From contig VMSQ01000314.1 of NCBI GenBank assembly GCA_013792055.1, positions 8,876-72,875 on the forward strand: DNA of 64,000 nucleotides, read 5' to 3'. Position numbers and translations under genes: made by a program. Positions within the stretch are counted from its first letter, which is position 1. Every line of letters begins with the position of its first letter. This document shows positions 17,909 to 26,848 of this stretch, piece after piece. Under the pieces are notes generated by a model. That model saw only the letters and a list, made by a program, of their open reading frames with translations. It ran no database searches and had not been told where the DNA came from. The DNA is from Desulfobacteraceae bacterium. GTDB taxonomy: Bacteria; Desulfobacterota; Desulfobacteria; Desulfobacterales; ETH-SRB1.

Positions 17909-19258
17909 ATGAATCCGAATATTTTTAGAGAATACGATATCAGAGGAATTGCCGGTAAGGACATGACAGAAGACGATGTGATACAAATAGGAAAAGGCGT
18001 CGGCACTTATCTGTTACAGCATGGTTCTTCAAAGCTAACTGTTGGACGTGACTGCAGGAAAACCTCCGATCTGTATGCTGAAAAAATAACCGAGGGGCTT
18101 TTGTCAACCGGCTGCGATGTAATAAATATTGGAGTTTGTCCAACACCTGTCCTTTATTTTTCAATCATCCATCTCAAGCAGGAAGGCGGCGTTATGGTCA
18201 CTGCAAGCCATAATCCTCCAGAATATAACGGTTTTAAGCTATGTATTGGGTTAGATTCTATTCACGGCAAGGATATCCAGAAAATACTTAATATAATTAA
18301 TGAAAAAACATTTGCCAACGGAAAGGGAGTATTATCATCCGCTGATGTTGTCACTCCTTACAAGGAATTTATCGATCAAAATATCTCTATATCCAAACCG
18401 CTGAAGATAGGCGTTGATGCAGGGAACGGCACAGCCGGGGTAGTCGCAGTGCCAATCCTGAAAAGCCTTAACTGTGAAGTTCATGACATATATTGCGATA
18501 TGGATGGAACTTTCCCGAACCACGAAGCCGATCCGACAGTAGAGGCAAATATGAAAGACCTTATTTCTCTTGTACGGGAAAAGGGGCTGGATTTAGGCGT
18601 AGGTTATGATGGTGACGGTGACCGGATCGGCGTTATTGATGAAAAAGGAAACATTGTCTTTGGGGATCGGCTCATGATTATATTTTCAAGGGAAATCCTT
18701 TCCAGAAAACCTGGTGCCACTTTCATTTCAGAGGTAAAGTGTTCAAAAACAATGTATGATGACATAGAAAAAAACGGCGGCCGCGCTATAATGTGGAAAA
18801 CCGGTCATTCTTTAATCAAAAAGAAAATGAAGGAAGAAAAAGCTGAACTGGCCGGCGAAATGAGCGGCCATATGTTTTTTGCCGACCGCTATCTTGGCTT
18901 TGACGATGCTATTTATGCATCCTGCAGACTTCTTGAAATATTAGCCGATACAGGAAAGACAATAGCTGATCTTTTATCCGACGTTCCAAAGACATATTCC
19001 ACGCCGGAAATACGCGTCGAATGCCCGGATAACAAAAAGTTTGCAGTAGTAAAAAAAGTGACGGAATATTTTAGAAAGCGATATAAAGTCATAGATATAG
19101 ATGGTGTGCGGGTCCTGTTTGATGATGGATGGGGCCTTGTGCGGGCATCAAACACCCAGCCTGTTCTTGTACTCCGTTTCGAAGCCATGTCTGAGAAAAG
19201 GCTCACAGAAATCAGGAATCTTATCGAATCCGTTCTGGATAAAATACAAAAAGAGTAA
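17909..19258 (+). CDS. phosphomannomutase/phosphoglucomutase
   Basis: 449 aa with the alpha-D-phosphohexomutase motifs TASHNPPEYNGFK (active-site Ser), GVGYDGDGDR (Mg site) and GEMSGH. Confidence 0.9.
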   Translation: MNPNIFREYDIRGIAGKDMTEDDVIQIGKGVGTYLLQHGSSKLTVGRDCRKTSDLYAEKITEGLLSTGCDVINIGVCPTPVLYFSIIHLKQEGGVMVTASHNPPEYNGFKLCIGLDSIHGKDIQKILNIINEKTFANGKGVLSSADVVTPYKEFIDQNISISKPLKIGVDAGNGTAGVVAVPILKSLNCEVHDIYCDMDGTFPNHEADPTVEANMKDLISLVREKGLDLGVGYDGDGDRIGVIDEKGNIVFGDRLMIIFSREILSRKPGATFISEVKCSKTMYDDIEKNGGRAIMWKTGHSLIKKKMKEEKAELAGEMSGHMFFADRYLGFDDAIYASCRLLEILADTGKTIADLLSDVPKTYSTPEIRVECPDNKKFAVVKKVTEYFRKRYKVIDIDGVRVLFDDGWGLVRASNTQPVLVLRFEAMSEKRLTEIRNLIESVLDKIQKE

Positions 19259-19261
19259 AGA

Positions 19262-20440
19262 TTGACAACTTCGGATAAGAAAATTTTTGCCGTCCTGTTC
19301 TTCTCAATTTTTGTTTCAGTCACAGGAGTCGGCATAGTAGTCCCTCTTCTTCCTGTCTATGCTTATGAACTTGGCGCAAGCGGTTTGTACATTGGACTGG
19401 TATTCGGAGCATTTTCCCTTTCAAGGACATTTTTCCTCCCATATTTCGGCCGGCTCTCAGACAAAAAAGGCCGCAAACCATTAATTGTTGCGGGCCTTTT
19501 AGCTTATGCCCTGATTTCTATAGGCTTTATCTTTTCAAAAAATGTCGAAACACTTATTATAATGCGATTTATTCAGGGCATATCATCTGCCATGCTGATA
19601 CCGGTTATTCAGGCATATGTAGGCGATATAACGCCTGAAGGCAGTGAAGGCCTGAGCATGGGAATGTTCAATATGTCTATGTTTTTCGGCCTGAGCGTCG
19701 GGCCTTTAGCAGGAGGTATGATAAATGAACATTTCAGTCTTAATACATCATTCCTGTGTATGGGCATTCTTGCTTTTTTAAGTTTTTCTTTATGCCTTTT
19801 TCTGCTTCCGCCAACAAAGTCTGAACGAGCTGTCTCACAAAAAAAAGAGGTTGCATCATGGAAAAAGCTATTAAGAGACAAAGATTTGGCAGGTCTTTTC
19901 TTCTTCAGATTCGCATATGCGGCATGTATAGGTGTAATATGGGGTTTCTTGCCTGTTCTGGCGGATTCGGAATTTCATCTTTCCAGCTCTTATATCGGAA
20001 TTCTTGTAATGCTGGGAGTCTTTATCAGCGGTGTAATGCAGACGCCCATGGGCTACATGGCCGATAGATTCAACAAAAGAATTATGATCTTAATTGGAGG
20101 ATTTATAATAGCTTATGCAATTTCATTGTTTAACTGGGCAGACAGCTTTGGGGATTTGTTTATAGCCAATGTACTTATTGGAATCGGAGGCGGTATTGCA
20201 ATGCCTGCGCTGATGGCGATAGCTGTATTAAAAGGAAATACGACGAAAGCCATGGGATCTGTGATGGGCATTATTACAATGGCTCACAGCTCCGGGATGC
20301 TTACAGGCTCTCTTGCCGCAGGATTGATGATGGATATGTTTCAGCTCAGACATGCTTTTTCTTTTGGGTCGCTGATAATGATCCTCGGAACCGGACTCTT
20401 CTTTTTTTATACGTATCACAGGAAGGAAAAAACTGCTTAA
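19262..20440 (+). CDS. MFS transporter
   Basis: 392 aa with about 12 hydrophobic segments and the MFS loop motif GRLSDKKGRKP. TTG start 3 nt after the preceding stop. Its last ~85-125 nt recur twice downstream. Confidence 0.85.
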   Translation: MTTSDKKIFAVLFFSIFVSVTGVGIVVPLLPVYAYELGASGLYIGLVFGAFSLSRTFFLPYFGRLSDKKGRKPLIVAGLLAYALISIGFIFSKNVETLIIMRFIQGISSAMLIPVIQAYVGDITPEGSEGLSMGMFNMSMFFGLSVGPLAGGMINEHFSLNTSFLCMGILAFLSFSLCLFLLPPTKSERAVSQKKEVASWKKLLRDKDLAGLFFFRFAYAACIGVIWGFLPVLADSEFHLSSSYIGILVMLGVFISGVMQTPMGYMADRFNKRIMILIGGFIIAYAISLFNWADSFGDLFIANVLIGIGGGIAMPALMAIAVLKGNTTKAMGSVMGIITMAHSSGMLTGSLAAGLMMDMFQLRHAFSFGSLIMILGTGLFFFYTYHRKEKTA

Positions 20441-20486
20441 AACCGAATAGCATACGCAATTGATGCCCCCCTCTACCGTCCCTGAG

Positions 20487-21359
20487 CTAATAATTAGATT
20501 CTTTTTTCTTGTCTAAAATACCTGTTTTAAGATTTTGTAAAAATTTTAAGGCTTTTTCATAATTCTTATCAGGCAGATATTCTGCTACTTTAATTATAAG
20601 GCTGTCATTTCTATCTGGATCAGTATTGTTCGTCAAAATATCTAAAACAGCTTTCTTTGTTTTTGAACTCATCATTTCGGCCATATCACGGCCCAGCAAT
20701 CTTGCACCCGCATATTCAAAATCAAAATCCTCTGTTTCCATTAAATCAGAATGCGAATTAAATAATCTTTCCTCATTTCCTGCCTGCGAATAATATTTCA
20801 ACAGGGTGGCAATATCAACAGCATCCTTTGTAGGAAATTCATTATGTCTATCATTCCATGCAAAAAGTTTTAGAACAGCCATTCCTGCAAGTGAAACAAA
20901 CCGGACATCAAGTCCGTCTGCCAAATGCACATTGATTGCGCCCTTCCATGCATCCAAAAAACCCATTACATTCATTTCAATAGAGTATTCAGGAGGCCAG
21001 CGAATTATTCCTTCTGATGTTTCCACTGATCCAAAGGGAATTATATCTACTGGATAACTGCCTTTAAATTTTAACCGGTATACTGGTTTTTTGTCTGAGT
21101 AAAAATTACCGGTTGATAAAAGGCTGTCTTTCATTTTTTGATAGTGTTTCCAGTCTGTTACTATGATACCAATATCGATATCCATGGTTTTAAGACCTGT
21201 TGACAAACCATATAGCTGACCAAGAATCAAATCGCGCACAACAGCACCCACCACAAAAAAATCGATATCCATCTTCTTTGCTACATTCTTTATAGCTTTA
21301 AGACAGTCAACAATCAGCGGGTCAGTATTTTTCGATAAGTCTATCGATGTACTGGTCAT
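20487..21359 (-). CDS. nucleotidyltransferase-fold protein, AbiEii-like toxin candidate
   Basis: The track ORF extends to 21416. The Met at 21359 (MTSTSIDL) gives a short overlap with the upstream gene. Pol-beta NTase-like signature FFVVGAVVRDLILG...TMDIDIGI. Positioned directly downstream of an AbiEi-like gene. Confidence 0.6.
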   Translation of the reverse strand: MTSTSIDLSKNTDPLIVDCLKAIKNVAKKMDIDFFVVGAVVRDLILGQLYGLSTGLKTMDIDIGIIVTDWKHYQKMKDSLLSTGNFYSDKKPVYRLKFKGSYPVDIIPFGSVETSEGIIRWPPEYSIEMNVMGFLDAWKGAINVHLADGLDVRFVSLAGMAVLKLFAWNDRHNEFPTKDAVDIATLLKYYSQAGNEERLFNSHSDLMETEDFDFEYAGARLLGRDMAEMMSSKTKKAVLDILTNNTDPDRNDSLIIKVAEYLPDKNYEKALKFLQNLKTGILDKKKESNY

Positions 21360-22377
21360 AAATAATCCTTGCGGTTTCAATATTCCTGTCATCTGCTGTT
21401 GCGATAAGGTCTGCATATATTAATAGCGGAGGCACGAGTGTTTTGTAATTCCATGGATAATCAAAATTCCAGAACTTTTGAAATATTTCTATTTTCCCTT
21501 GCGGATCTTTTTTTAGATGATTCACTATAAGGAATTCATTGATTTCCTCAGGGCCATATATTGTTATTGTCTCAGGTTTTAAGTAATCTGTTAAACGGGC
21601 TGCTGCCGGCTCACCTCCGAGAAAAAACTGGTTTTTCCCCAGGTCAGCTTTTTCCAACCATTCTTCTCTGGTTGCGTTATAGCGTCCTATATATAATTTG
21701 GGCCTCAGTTCTCTTGCATATGCGTTAATCCATGTATCAAGCAGCTTATCAGTATTGGTCAGTTTTCGACCATGCTTTCCTTTGTCCACCAAAAAATTTA
21801 GCTTTCTCAAATCATACATTACCCAGCCGACAGTTCCGAGCGCTACATTTGCAGCTTTTGCGATATCACGATACGGAGCTTTCACAAGTTCAGGCAAACA
21901 AAGCAAAGCAAATACAACCTTAAGTCCTGTGGGCCGAAATGCGCGAACAATTGTTTCAGCGGCAGGAATTTCTTTCCTTTTCTGGCCGATAATATAAACA
22001 AAAAATGGTGGTTCATTGATATATGCATTTCCTGCAGTATCAATAAATGCAATATTAAGCTCTTTCAGTTTCTCGGCCATTGGAGGTGTCACATGCCGGG
22101 TAACCAGTATCCCAGGCTTTCCAAAACGGCGTATCTGCTCGACAACATGCCCGATTGTAGCTTTTGTGATAAATCCTTTTATTTCAGCATAAAAGTTTTT
22201 AAGCTTAACTTCAGGCGCATCGATCTGCAATACAGCATTAGGATGTATTTTTTCTGCAGGTCCAACCTCCAGAATTGTAATACAAAAGCCTGTTGTTTCC
22301 TCAAATGCCAGCTTTGCCGTATTAAGGATCTCACGTTCCTTTACAGCCGGATTATTTATGTTTTTTTGTGTTTTCAT
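21322..22377 (-). CDS. AbiEi-family (type IV TA) antitoxin-like transcriptional regulator
   Basis: 351 aa. The central winged-helix region (YRDIAKAANVALGTVGWVMYDL) and the C-terminal block PPLLIYADLIATADDRNIETARIIY are typical of AbiEi_3-type antitoxins. It overlaps the downstream NTase gene. Confidence 0.6.
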   Translation of the reverse strand: MKTQKNINNPAVKEREILNTAKLAFEETTGFCITILEVGPAEKIHPNAVLQIDAPEVKLKNFYAEIKGFITKATIGHVVEQIRRFGKPGILVTRHVTPPMAEKLKELNIAFIDTAGNAYINEPPFFVYIIGQKRKEIPAAETIVRAFRPTGLKVVFALLCLPELVKAPYRDIAKAANVALGTVGWVMYDLRKLNFLVDKGKHGRKLTNTDKLLDTWINAYARELRPKLYIGRYNATREEWLEKADLGKNQFFLGGEPAAARLTDYLKPETITIYGPEEINEFLIVNHLKKDPQGKIEIFQKFWNFDYPWNYKTLVPPLLIYADLIATADDRNIETARIIYDQYIDRLIEKY

Positions 22378-22634
22378 TGCCTTAATGTCTGTTCATTTTT
22401 TTGTACTGTACACTAATAATGAACAAATGTAAATAGTGAACATCATCGCATCCATTATAGTAGGCAGTCCTTAATTATATAGAGGATATTTTTCTGAATA
22501 GCGACTTATTACTGGAAGAGGTATGGTTTTGAATAGAGTTGGAATCACATGTCTTGCATTGTTTTGACTACGGCGGTACAGCCAATTGAGAAGAAACGCA
22601 TAAAGTCATGACCGTTTCTGAACGTCCCGCAAGA

Positions 22635-22719
22635 ACGCTGATAATGATCCTTGGGACCGGGCTCTTCTTTTTTTATACGTATCACATGAAGGAAAAAACT
22701 GCTTAAAACCGAACAGCAT
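22635..22719 (+). repeat. copy 2 of the MFS gene 3' end
   Basis: CGCTGATAATGATCCTTGGGACCGGGCTCTTCTTTTTTTATACGTATCACATGAAGGAAAAAACTGCTTAAAACCGAACAGCAT aligns with 20369-20453 with a few substitutions. The match includes the stop codon and 14 nt beyond it. Confidence 0.85.
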
Positions 22720-22746
22720 CACCAATAAAATTAGTAAGTTAAATAG

Positions 22747-22995
22747 TTATGAGCATCCACTTCTACCTTCATCCATCTCCTCAGTAAAGCCTTCTTCAGC
22801 CATTTCTTGTTCAAATTTTGGATCTAGTTTTGCGCATTCCTGTGCCAATCGACTTCTTTCAATCCGCGCCAGTTTTTCCGCAACTGCTTCTTGAATAGCC
22901 CTGCTGCGGTTTGTAAACCTTTTTGCCTTGACCAAAGAATCTAAACGATACAATAAGTTTTGATCAATTGTGATTGCAATTTTTGATGCAGCCAT
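22747..22995 (-). CDS. ribbon-helix-helix (CopG/MazE-type) antitoxin, no adjacent toxin
   Basis: The likely start is [22 protein letters not shown] (Met 21 of the track ORF). RHH signature ...[13 protein letters not shown]... plus an acidic C-terminal tail. There is no ORF between its stop and MFS-end copy 2. Confidence 0.7.
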   Translation of the reverse strand: MAASKIAITIDQNLLYRLDSLVKAKRFTNRSRAIQEAVAEKLARIERSRLAQECAKLDPKFEQEMAEEGFTEEMDEGRSGCS

Positions 22996-23254
22996 AATTT
23001 CACCTCCGATATTACATTGTGTCACACCAAAGATAATTGCAAGAATAAGGTCCATTTTAGGGCGGAGGTTAACACCGCTCTTCAGCGGGCGCTGGCTGTA
23101 TTAAATAGCACACACACGGATCGGATAAAATAGTCATTTCTGGATGTTCACAAGTCGGCTTAACCTTACATATTATATCCCAAATATATTTTTTATGTAA
23201 AAAAGTGTAAAAATATCTTTACAAACAGTCAAATGCCTGGTATGAATATATTAA

Positions 23255-23276
23255 ATATCATATAAAATGATATAAT
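23255..23276 (+). promoter_or_regulatory. palindromic operator overlapping a TATAAT box upstream of the XRE-ImmA gene
   Basis: Perfect palindrome ATATCAT-ataaa-ATGATAT. TATAAT (23271-23276) overlaps the right half-site, about 25 nt upstream of the AAAGGAG RBS and the ATG at 23302. Confidence 0.4.
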
Positions 23277-23301
23277 CATATAATAAATTAAAGGAGTTAT
23301 C

Positions 23302-24405
23302 ATGGAGTGGTTAGGGGAAAAATTTAAAGATTTAATAAAGGAGAATAATTCTTCAATAGTCAAATTAGCTAAAAAGACAGGCGTATCCAGGCAAACAGTA
23401 ACTGACTGGATTAATGGTCAAATCCCCAAAGGCAACCATTTAATTAATCTTTGCAAAATTTTCAAGGTAAACCCCGATTTTTTCTTTTCAAAAGATTTTG
23501 ACAATTCAATATCTGTTCCTGTCCACCGCACAAGAAGGACGGCTAAGGTTACATCGGCAATGCAAAAAGATGCGTTTGAAATGGCCAGAACATATGAAGT
23601 CCTTTTTAAAAATGATGCGAATTCAAGTGTTCTTCCTGTTGTAAGAGTTCATAATCGCACTGATGAAATTGCAAAAAAAATTGCAGAGGAGTTGCGAAAA
23701 AGAGCTGGCCTTAGTCAGGATATCCCTCCTGATTATGAACATACTTTTTCTCTTTTGGCATACCTTGGAATCAAGGTCATATTCCGGTATTTTCCTGAAA
23801 AAATTAAAGCATATGCTTTTTATACAAAGATTCATGGGCATAGAATAGTATTTGTTAACAACAGCACAAATATTATTGATCTGATTTTTCCAGTTTTACA
23901 TGAATCTGTACATGCAATACGAGATGAAATCCAAATTAATAACGGTTTTGATACTGAAGAAGAAAATTTCTGTGACAAAGTTGCAAGTTATATTCAATTC
24001 TCTGATGAATATGTTCATAAGGTATATAATGTCATCAATAGCTTATCTGCAGGTGTCCAGGTAAACAAACTCAAAACTTATGGGAAAACAAACAGTCATG
24101 CTTTATTTGGAATTGCAAAAAGGATCAAAGCCATTGATCCAGATTTTGATCTGAAAATAGGAGGCGCTGATTCTAATTTAAAAAAGGGGTTTCCCTCTAT
24201 TGGTGATATTTTATTTCTGAGTAATGATCCCAGAGATTATGTTGCAAAAATTTCAGCGCTAAGCCCTCTTTTTACAAGTATCATCCTTAACCAGATTGAC
24301 AGTATTACTATCAGTAAACTCGGAGAAATGCTTGGGATTGAAAGTGTGCTGGACGCAAAAGCAGTTAAAGATGAACTTATTAAATTAAAAAGCGCGGCTC
24401 CCTGA
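23302..24405 (+). CDS. XRE-family HTH fused to an ImmA/IrrE-type zinc metallopeptidase domain (COG2856-like)
   Basis: N-terminal HTH (IVKLAKKTGVSRQTVTDWINGQ) and a central HExxH motif (VLHESVHAIRDE). Confidence 0.75.
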   Translation: MEWLGEKFKDLIKENNSSIVKLAKKTGVSRQTVTDWINGQIPKGNHLINLCKIFKVNPDFFFSKDFDNSISVPVHRTRRTAKVTSAMQKDAFEMARTYEVLFKNDANSSVLPVVRVHNRTDEIAKKIAEELRKRAGLSQDIPPDYEHTFSLLAYLGIKVIFRYFPEKIKAYAFYTKIHGHRIVFVNNSTNIIDLIFPVLHESVHAIRDEIQINNGFDTEEENFCDKVASYIQFSDEYVHKVYNVINSLSAGVQVNKLKTYGKTNSHALFGIAKRIKAIDPDFDLKIGGADSNLKKGFPSIGDILFLSNDPRDYVAKISALSPLFTSIILNQIDSITISKLGEMLGIESVLDAKAVKDELIKLKSAAP

Positions 24406-24406
24406 T

Positions 24407-24982
24407 ATGTATATTCTCTGTGATACTTGTAGTGTATTGATGCTGATAAGAATAGCTCCGGATATGTTTCGTGATGATCGCTATGGGTGTGTGACCATCC
24501 AGGAGGTATTTCAGGAATTCTTTCGTACTCAGAAATTTAAAACCAAGTATCCCTGGAGAACAAAATATAAAAGCAAAATCAAGGCATTAATAAAATCAAA
24601 GGTAGAAACAGGTGATTTTAATCTATATCTGGAGGCAATACGAAATATTATCGAGACTGGTAAAATTAATGGAAGAACCAAAAAGTTTTTCAGTTTGAGT
24701 TATGTTGATCAACAAATAGCTGCATGTTCCATTGCTCACGGTTTTAAACTGACAACTGTCGACGATGATCTAAATGACTTTATAATCCAGGAGTTTTCAG
24801 GGAAAACGATTTCTCCATTGGGGATAGTTAATGACTGGATTAAAAAAGGGCTTATTAAATGGGACGATGACCTTCAATCTGTTTTAGAAGATTGGGATAA
24901 ATGCAATGAACATCCACAGCCTAAAAAAGAAATCAAAAGATTTGAAAAACTTTCAGGTTATACATATGCAGGCCCCAAATGA
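24407..24982 (+). CDS. PIN-like nuclease domain protein (toxin/effector candidate)
   Basis: 191 aa, starting 1 nt after the ImmA gene stop. It has an N-terminal acidic residue in YILCDTCSVL and a C-terminal block SYVDQQIAACSIAHGFKLTTVDDDL typical of PIN/DUF4411-like domains, which pair with COG2856 proteins. Confidence 0.5.
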   Translation: MYILCDTCSVLMLIRIAPDMFRDDRYGCVTIQEVFQEFFRTQKFKTKYPWRTKYKSKIKALIKSKVETGDFNLYLEAIRNIIETGKINGRTKKFFSLSYVDQQIAACSIAHGFKLTTVDDDLNDFIIQEFSGKTISPLGIVNDWIKKGLIKWDDDLQSVLEDWDKCNEHPQPKKEIKRFEKLSGYTYAGPK

Positions 24983-25042
24983 GCCTTTATTGAGATAAAT
25001 GATATGATTTTAAGAGGATACAGTTACAAAGAGTTTTGCATT

Positions 25043-25074
25043 AAAAAAGGAGCATTTGCAGATGCTCCTTTTTT
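25043..25074. terminator. bidirectional rho-independent terminator
   Basis: AAAAAAGGAGCAT-ttgcag-ATGCTCCTTTTTT. The GC-containing stem is flanked by an A-run and a T-run, 60 nt after the PIN-like gene. Confidence 0.65.
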
Positions 25075-25210
25075 AAAACTGCAGCGATCCAATTGTACTT
25101 TGATTCGGGAACACGAAAGAAAAAGGTAAGCTATATTTCTCCTTTTTCCAGGAAACTGTAATACCCTTTGTGATTAAATATAATATGATTCAGAAGATTA
25201 ATGCCGAGGG

Positions 25211-25338
25211 TCTCTCCGCCGGATTGATGATGGATATGTTTCAGCTCAGGTATGCCTTCTCTTTCGGGGCGCTGATAATGATCCTTGGAACCGGACTATT
25301 CTTTTTTTATACGTATCACAGGAAGGAAAAACCGCTCA
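25211..25338 (+). repeat. copy 3 of the MFS gene 3' end (longest, most diverged)
   Basis: Aligns with 20313-20436. In the MFS frame it encodes AGLMMDMFQLRYAFSFGALIMILGTGLFFFYTYHRKEKPLNDT*, against the native AGLMMDMFQLRHAFSFGSLIMILGTGLFFFYTYHRKEKTA*. Most nucleotide differences fall at third codon positions. Confidence 0.85.
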
Positions 25339-25389
25339 ATGATACATAAGATTTGATAATAACTTATTGAAATATTCCAAGCATCTAAT

Positions 25390-25818
25390 TTATTTAGCAG
25401 GCGGCTTGACAAGAACTTGACTATGTACAACGTAAATGGGTTCGCCATGGCTGTCGAAACTTTTGGTTTTATTGACGACTGTAATTGCCGGTTTTATTTT
25501 CAAGGTGTTGCCATCCTTTAATTTGTATTCATTCCAGCTTTCTTTAATAGCTTCGAAATCTAAATCTTTTTTTTCAAAGTCACTATAAGTTCCCTCTGTT
25601 GGAGGGGGAGTTGGATCACCTCTTAGTTCTCTCGGTGACTCAACACCAACAACATTTGCCGTGTTGAGCGAATAATTTTTAGGATCATTTTTATTTGGCA
25701 TCACTTTGACCAACACAAGTTTAAATTTAATTAAAGATCCGTTTTCCAACTTATAAAGATTCCAAGGCTCGCCAACAGTCTCAAAATCGACATAATCAAA
25801 GTCCAGATTTTTGTTCAT
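25390..25818 (-). CDS. hypothetical protein with an internal tandem duplication
   Basis: 142 aa with two related ~55-aa halves (DFDYVDFETVGEPWNLYKLENGSLIKFKL... and DLDFEAIKESWNEYKLKDGNTLKIKP...). It starts 31 nt downstream of hicB on the same strand. No family recognised. Confidence 0.45.
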   Translation of the reverse strand: MNKNLDFDYVDFETVGEPWNLYKLENGSLIKFKLVLVKVMPNKNDPKNYSLNTANVVGVESPRELRGDPTPPPTEGTYSDFEKKDLDFEAIKESWNEYKLKDGNTLKIKPAITVVNKTKSFDSHGEPIYVVHSQVLVKPPAK

Positions 25819-25849
25819 AACTTCTCTCCTTATTTATTTTTACCCTTTT

Positions 25850-26443
25850 CTATGCTGTGTAACATATTTCTTTTTCTTCTTTTTCTTTATTAACCGTTTT
25901 TCCGCTTAGGGATACTTTATGCACAGTTGGGAACCATTCAAAACCTACAAAAGGATCCTGTGGCTGACCTACTCCGGTACTAACTGCCTTGCTATATTCG
26001 GGAGTAACTGGCAATTCAAGAATCTTCTGACCAAGATACTTTATGAGCCTCTCCAAGTCGTCTATTCTTAATGCAAAAAGATCGTGTTCAAGATATTTTT
26101 CCAAGGCAGATCTTATGAATTGGTTAAGGCTAAGGCCATCTCTACTTGCTTTTATAGTCAACTGCTTATGTAATTTTGCCGGAATTCTTAAGAGAAATTT
26201 ACCACTGAACTTGTTTTCAGTTACAGGTTCGGGAATTTCTAAGTTCCGAGCTAAACTAACTTCTATCCAGCTGATTTTTGCATCTTCTAACTTTTTTAAA
26301 GCTTCATCTAGTTCTTCCGCGTATGAGCTGCAACCCGGTAAATCAGGTATTTCTGTCACATACTTTATTTTATCGTCATAATCTGTGAACTTATCGATAG
26401 TAATTGGATAGTTCAAATTTAAATAATAATCCAATTTTTTCAT
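25850..26443 (-). CDS. hicB: HicB-family antitoxin
   Basis: 197 aa. The N-terminal HicB fold block is YVTEIPDLPGCSSYAEELDEALKKLEDAKISWIE...EIPEP, followed by the DNA-binding block SGKFLLRIPAKLHKQLTIKASRDGLSLNQFIRSAL. An extra ~60-aa C-terminal tail is present. Confidence 0.8.
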   Translation of the reverse strand: MKKLDYYLNLNYPITIDKFTDYDDKIKYVTEIPDLPGCSSYAEELDEALKKLEDAKISWIEVSLARNLEIPEPVTENKFSGKFLLRIPAKLHKQLTIKASRDGLSLNQFIRSALEKYLEHDLFALRIDDLERLIKYLGQKILELPVTPEYSKAVSTGVGQPQDPFVGFEWFPTVHKVSLSGKTVNKEKEEKEICYTA

Positions 26444-26722
26444 CTAGTTATCCTCCCAATATTCGTCAAGCTCGCCTAATCTTATTAAAGCACGGATTGC
26501 TTTTTTCCTATCTTCTTTTGACACAAATTTATCACCTTTTCCATGCGGCTCATCGGCTATGAATCTCTCATCTTCCCTAATGAATGCCCGACAAGAACCT
26601 CTTTTATTTTCCATCTCAAATTTATATTCTTTAGTTAAAATATATTTATAAGATTTCCATGACAAGGGTATGGAAAAGTCTCTAAAATTGGTGATAATGT
26701 CCTTTTTCTTTGTTTTTGACAA
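26444..26722 (-). CDS. hicA: HicA-like toxin (divergent)
   Basis: 92 aa whose stop abuts the hicB start. HicA-like core ...NKRGSCRAFIRED..FIADEPHGKGDKFVSKEDRKKAIRALIRLG. By eye, GSC sits where HicA proteins usually have GSH. Confidence 0.6.
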   Translation of the reverse strand: MSKTKKKDIITNFRDFSIPLSWKSYKYILTKEYKFEMENKRGSCRAFIREDERFIADEPHGKGDKFVSKEDRKKAIRALIRLGELDEYWEDN

Positions 26723-26848
26723 AATGTGATATCATCCTTAGTATCATTCGTAAATTGATACCTATCTCAAATGATTTATATTTGTCAAGAATTTTTTGAG
26801 GTTAGCAAAATTCGATATATATTCAGACGATTCGATTCAGAAAAGACC

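Noticed and set aside
22608-22706. 32-aa mini-ORF MTVSERPARTLIMILGTGLFFFYTYHMKEKTA
   Set aside because: It is created by MFS 3'-end copy 2. I treat it as a gene fragment rather than a gene.
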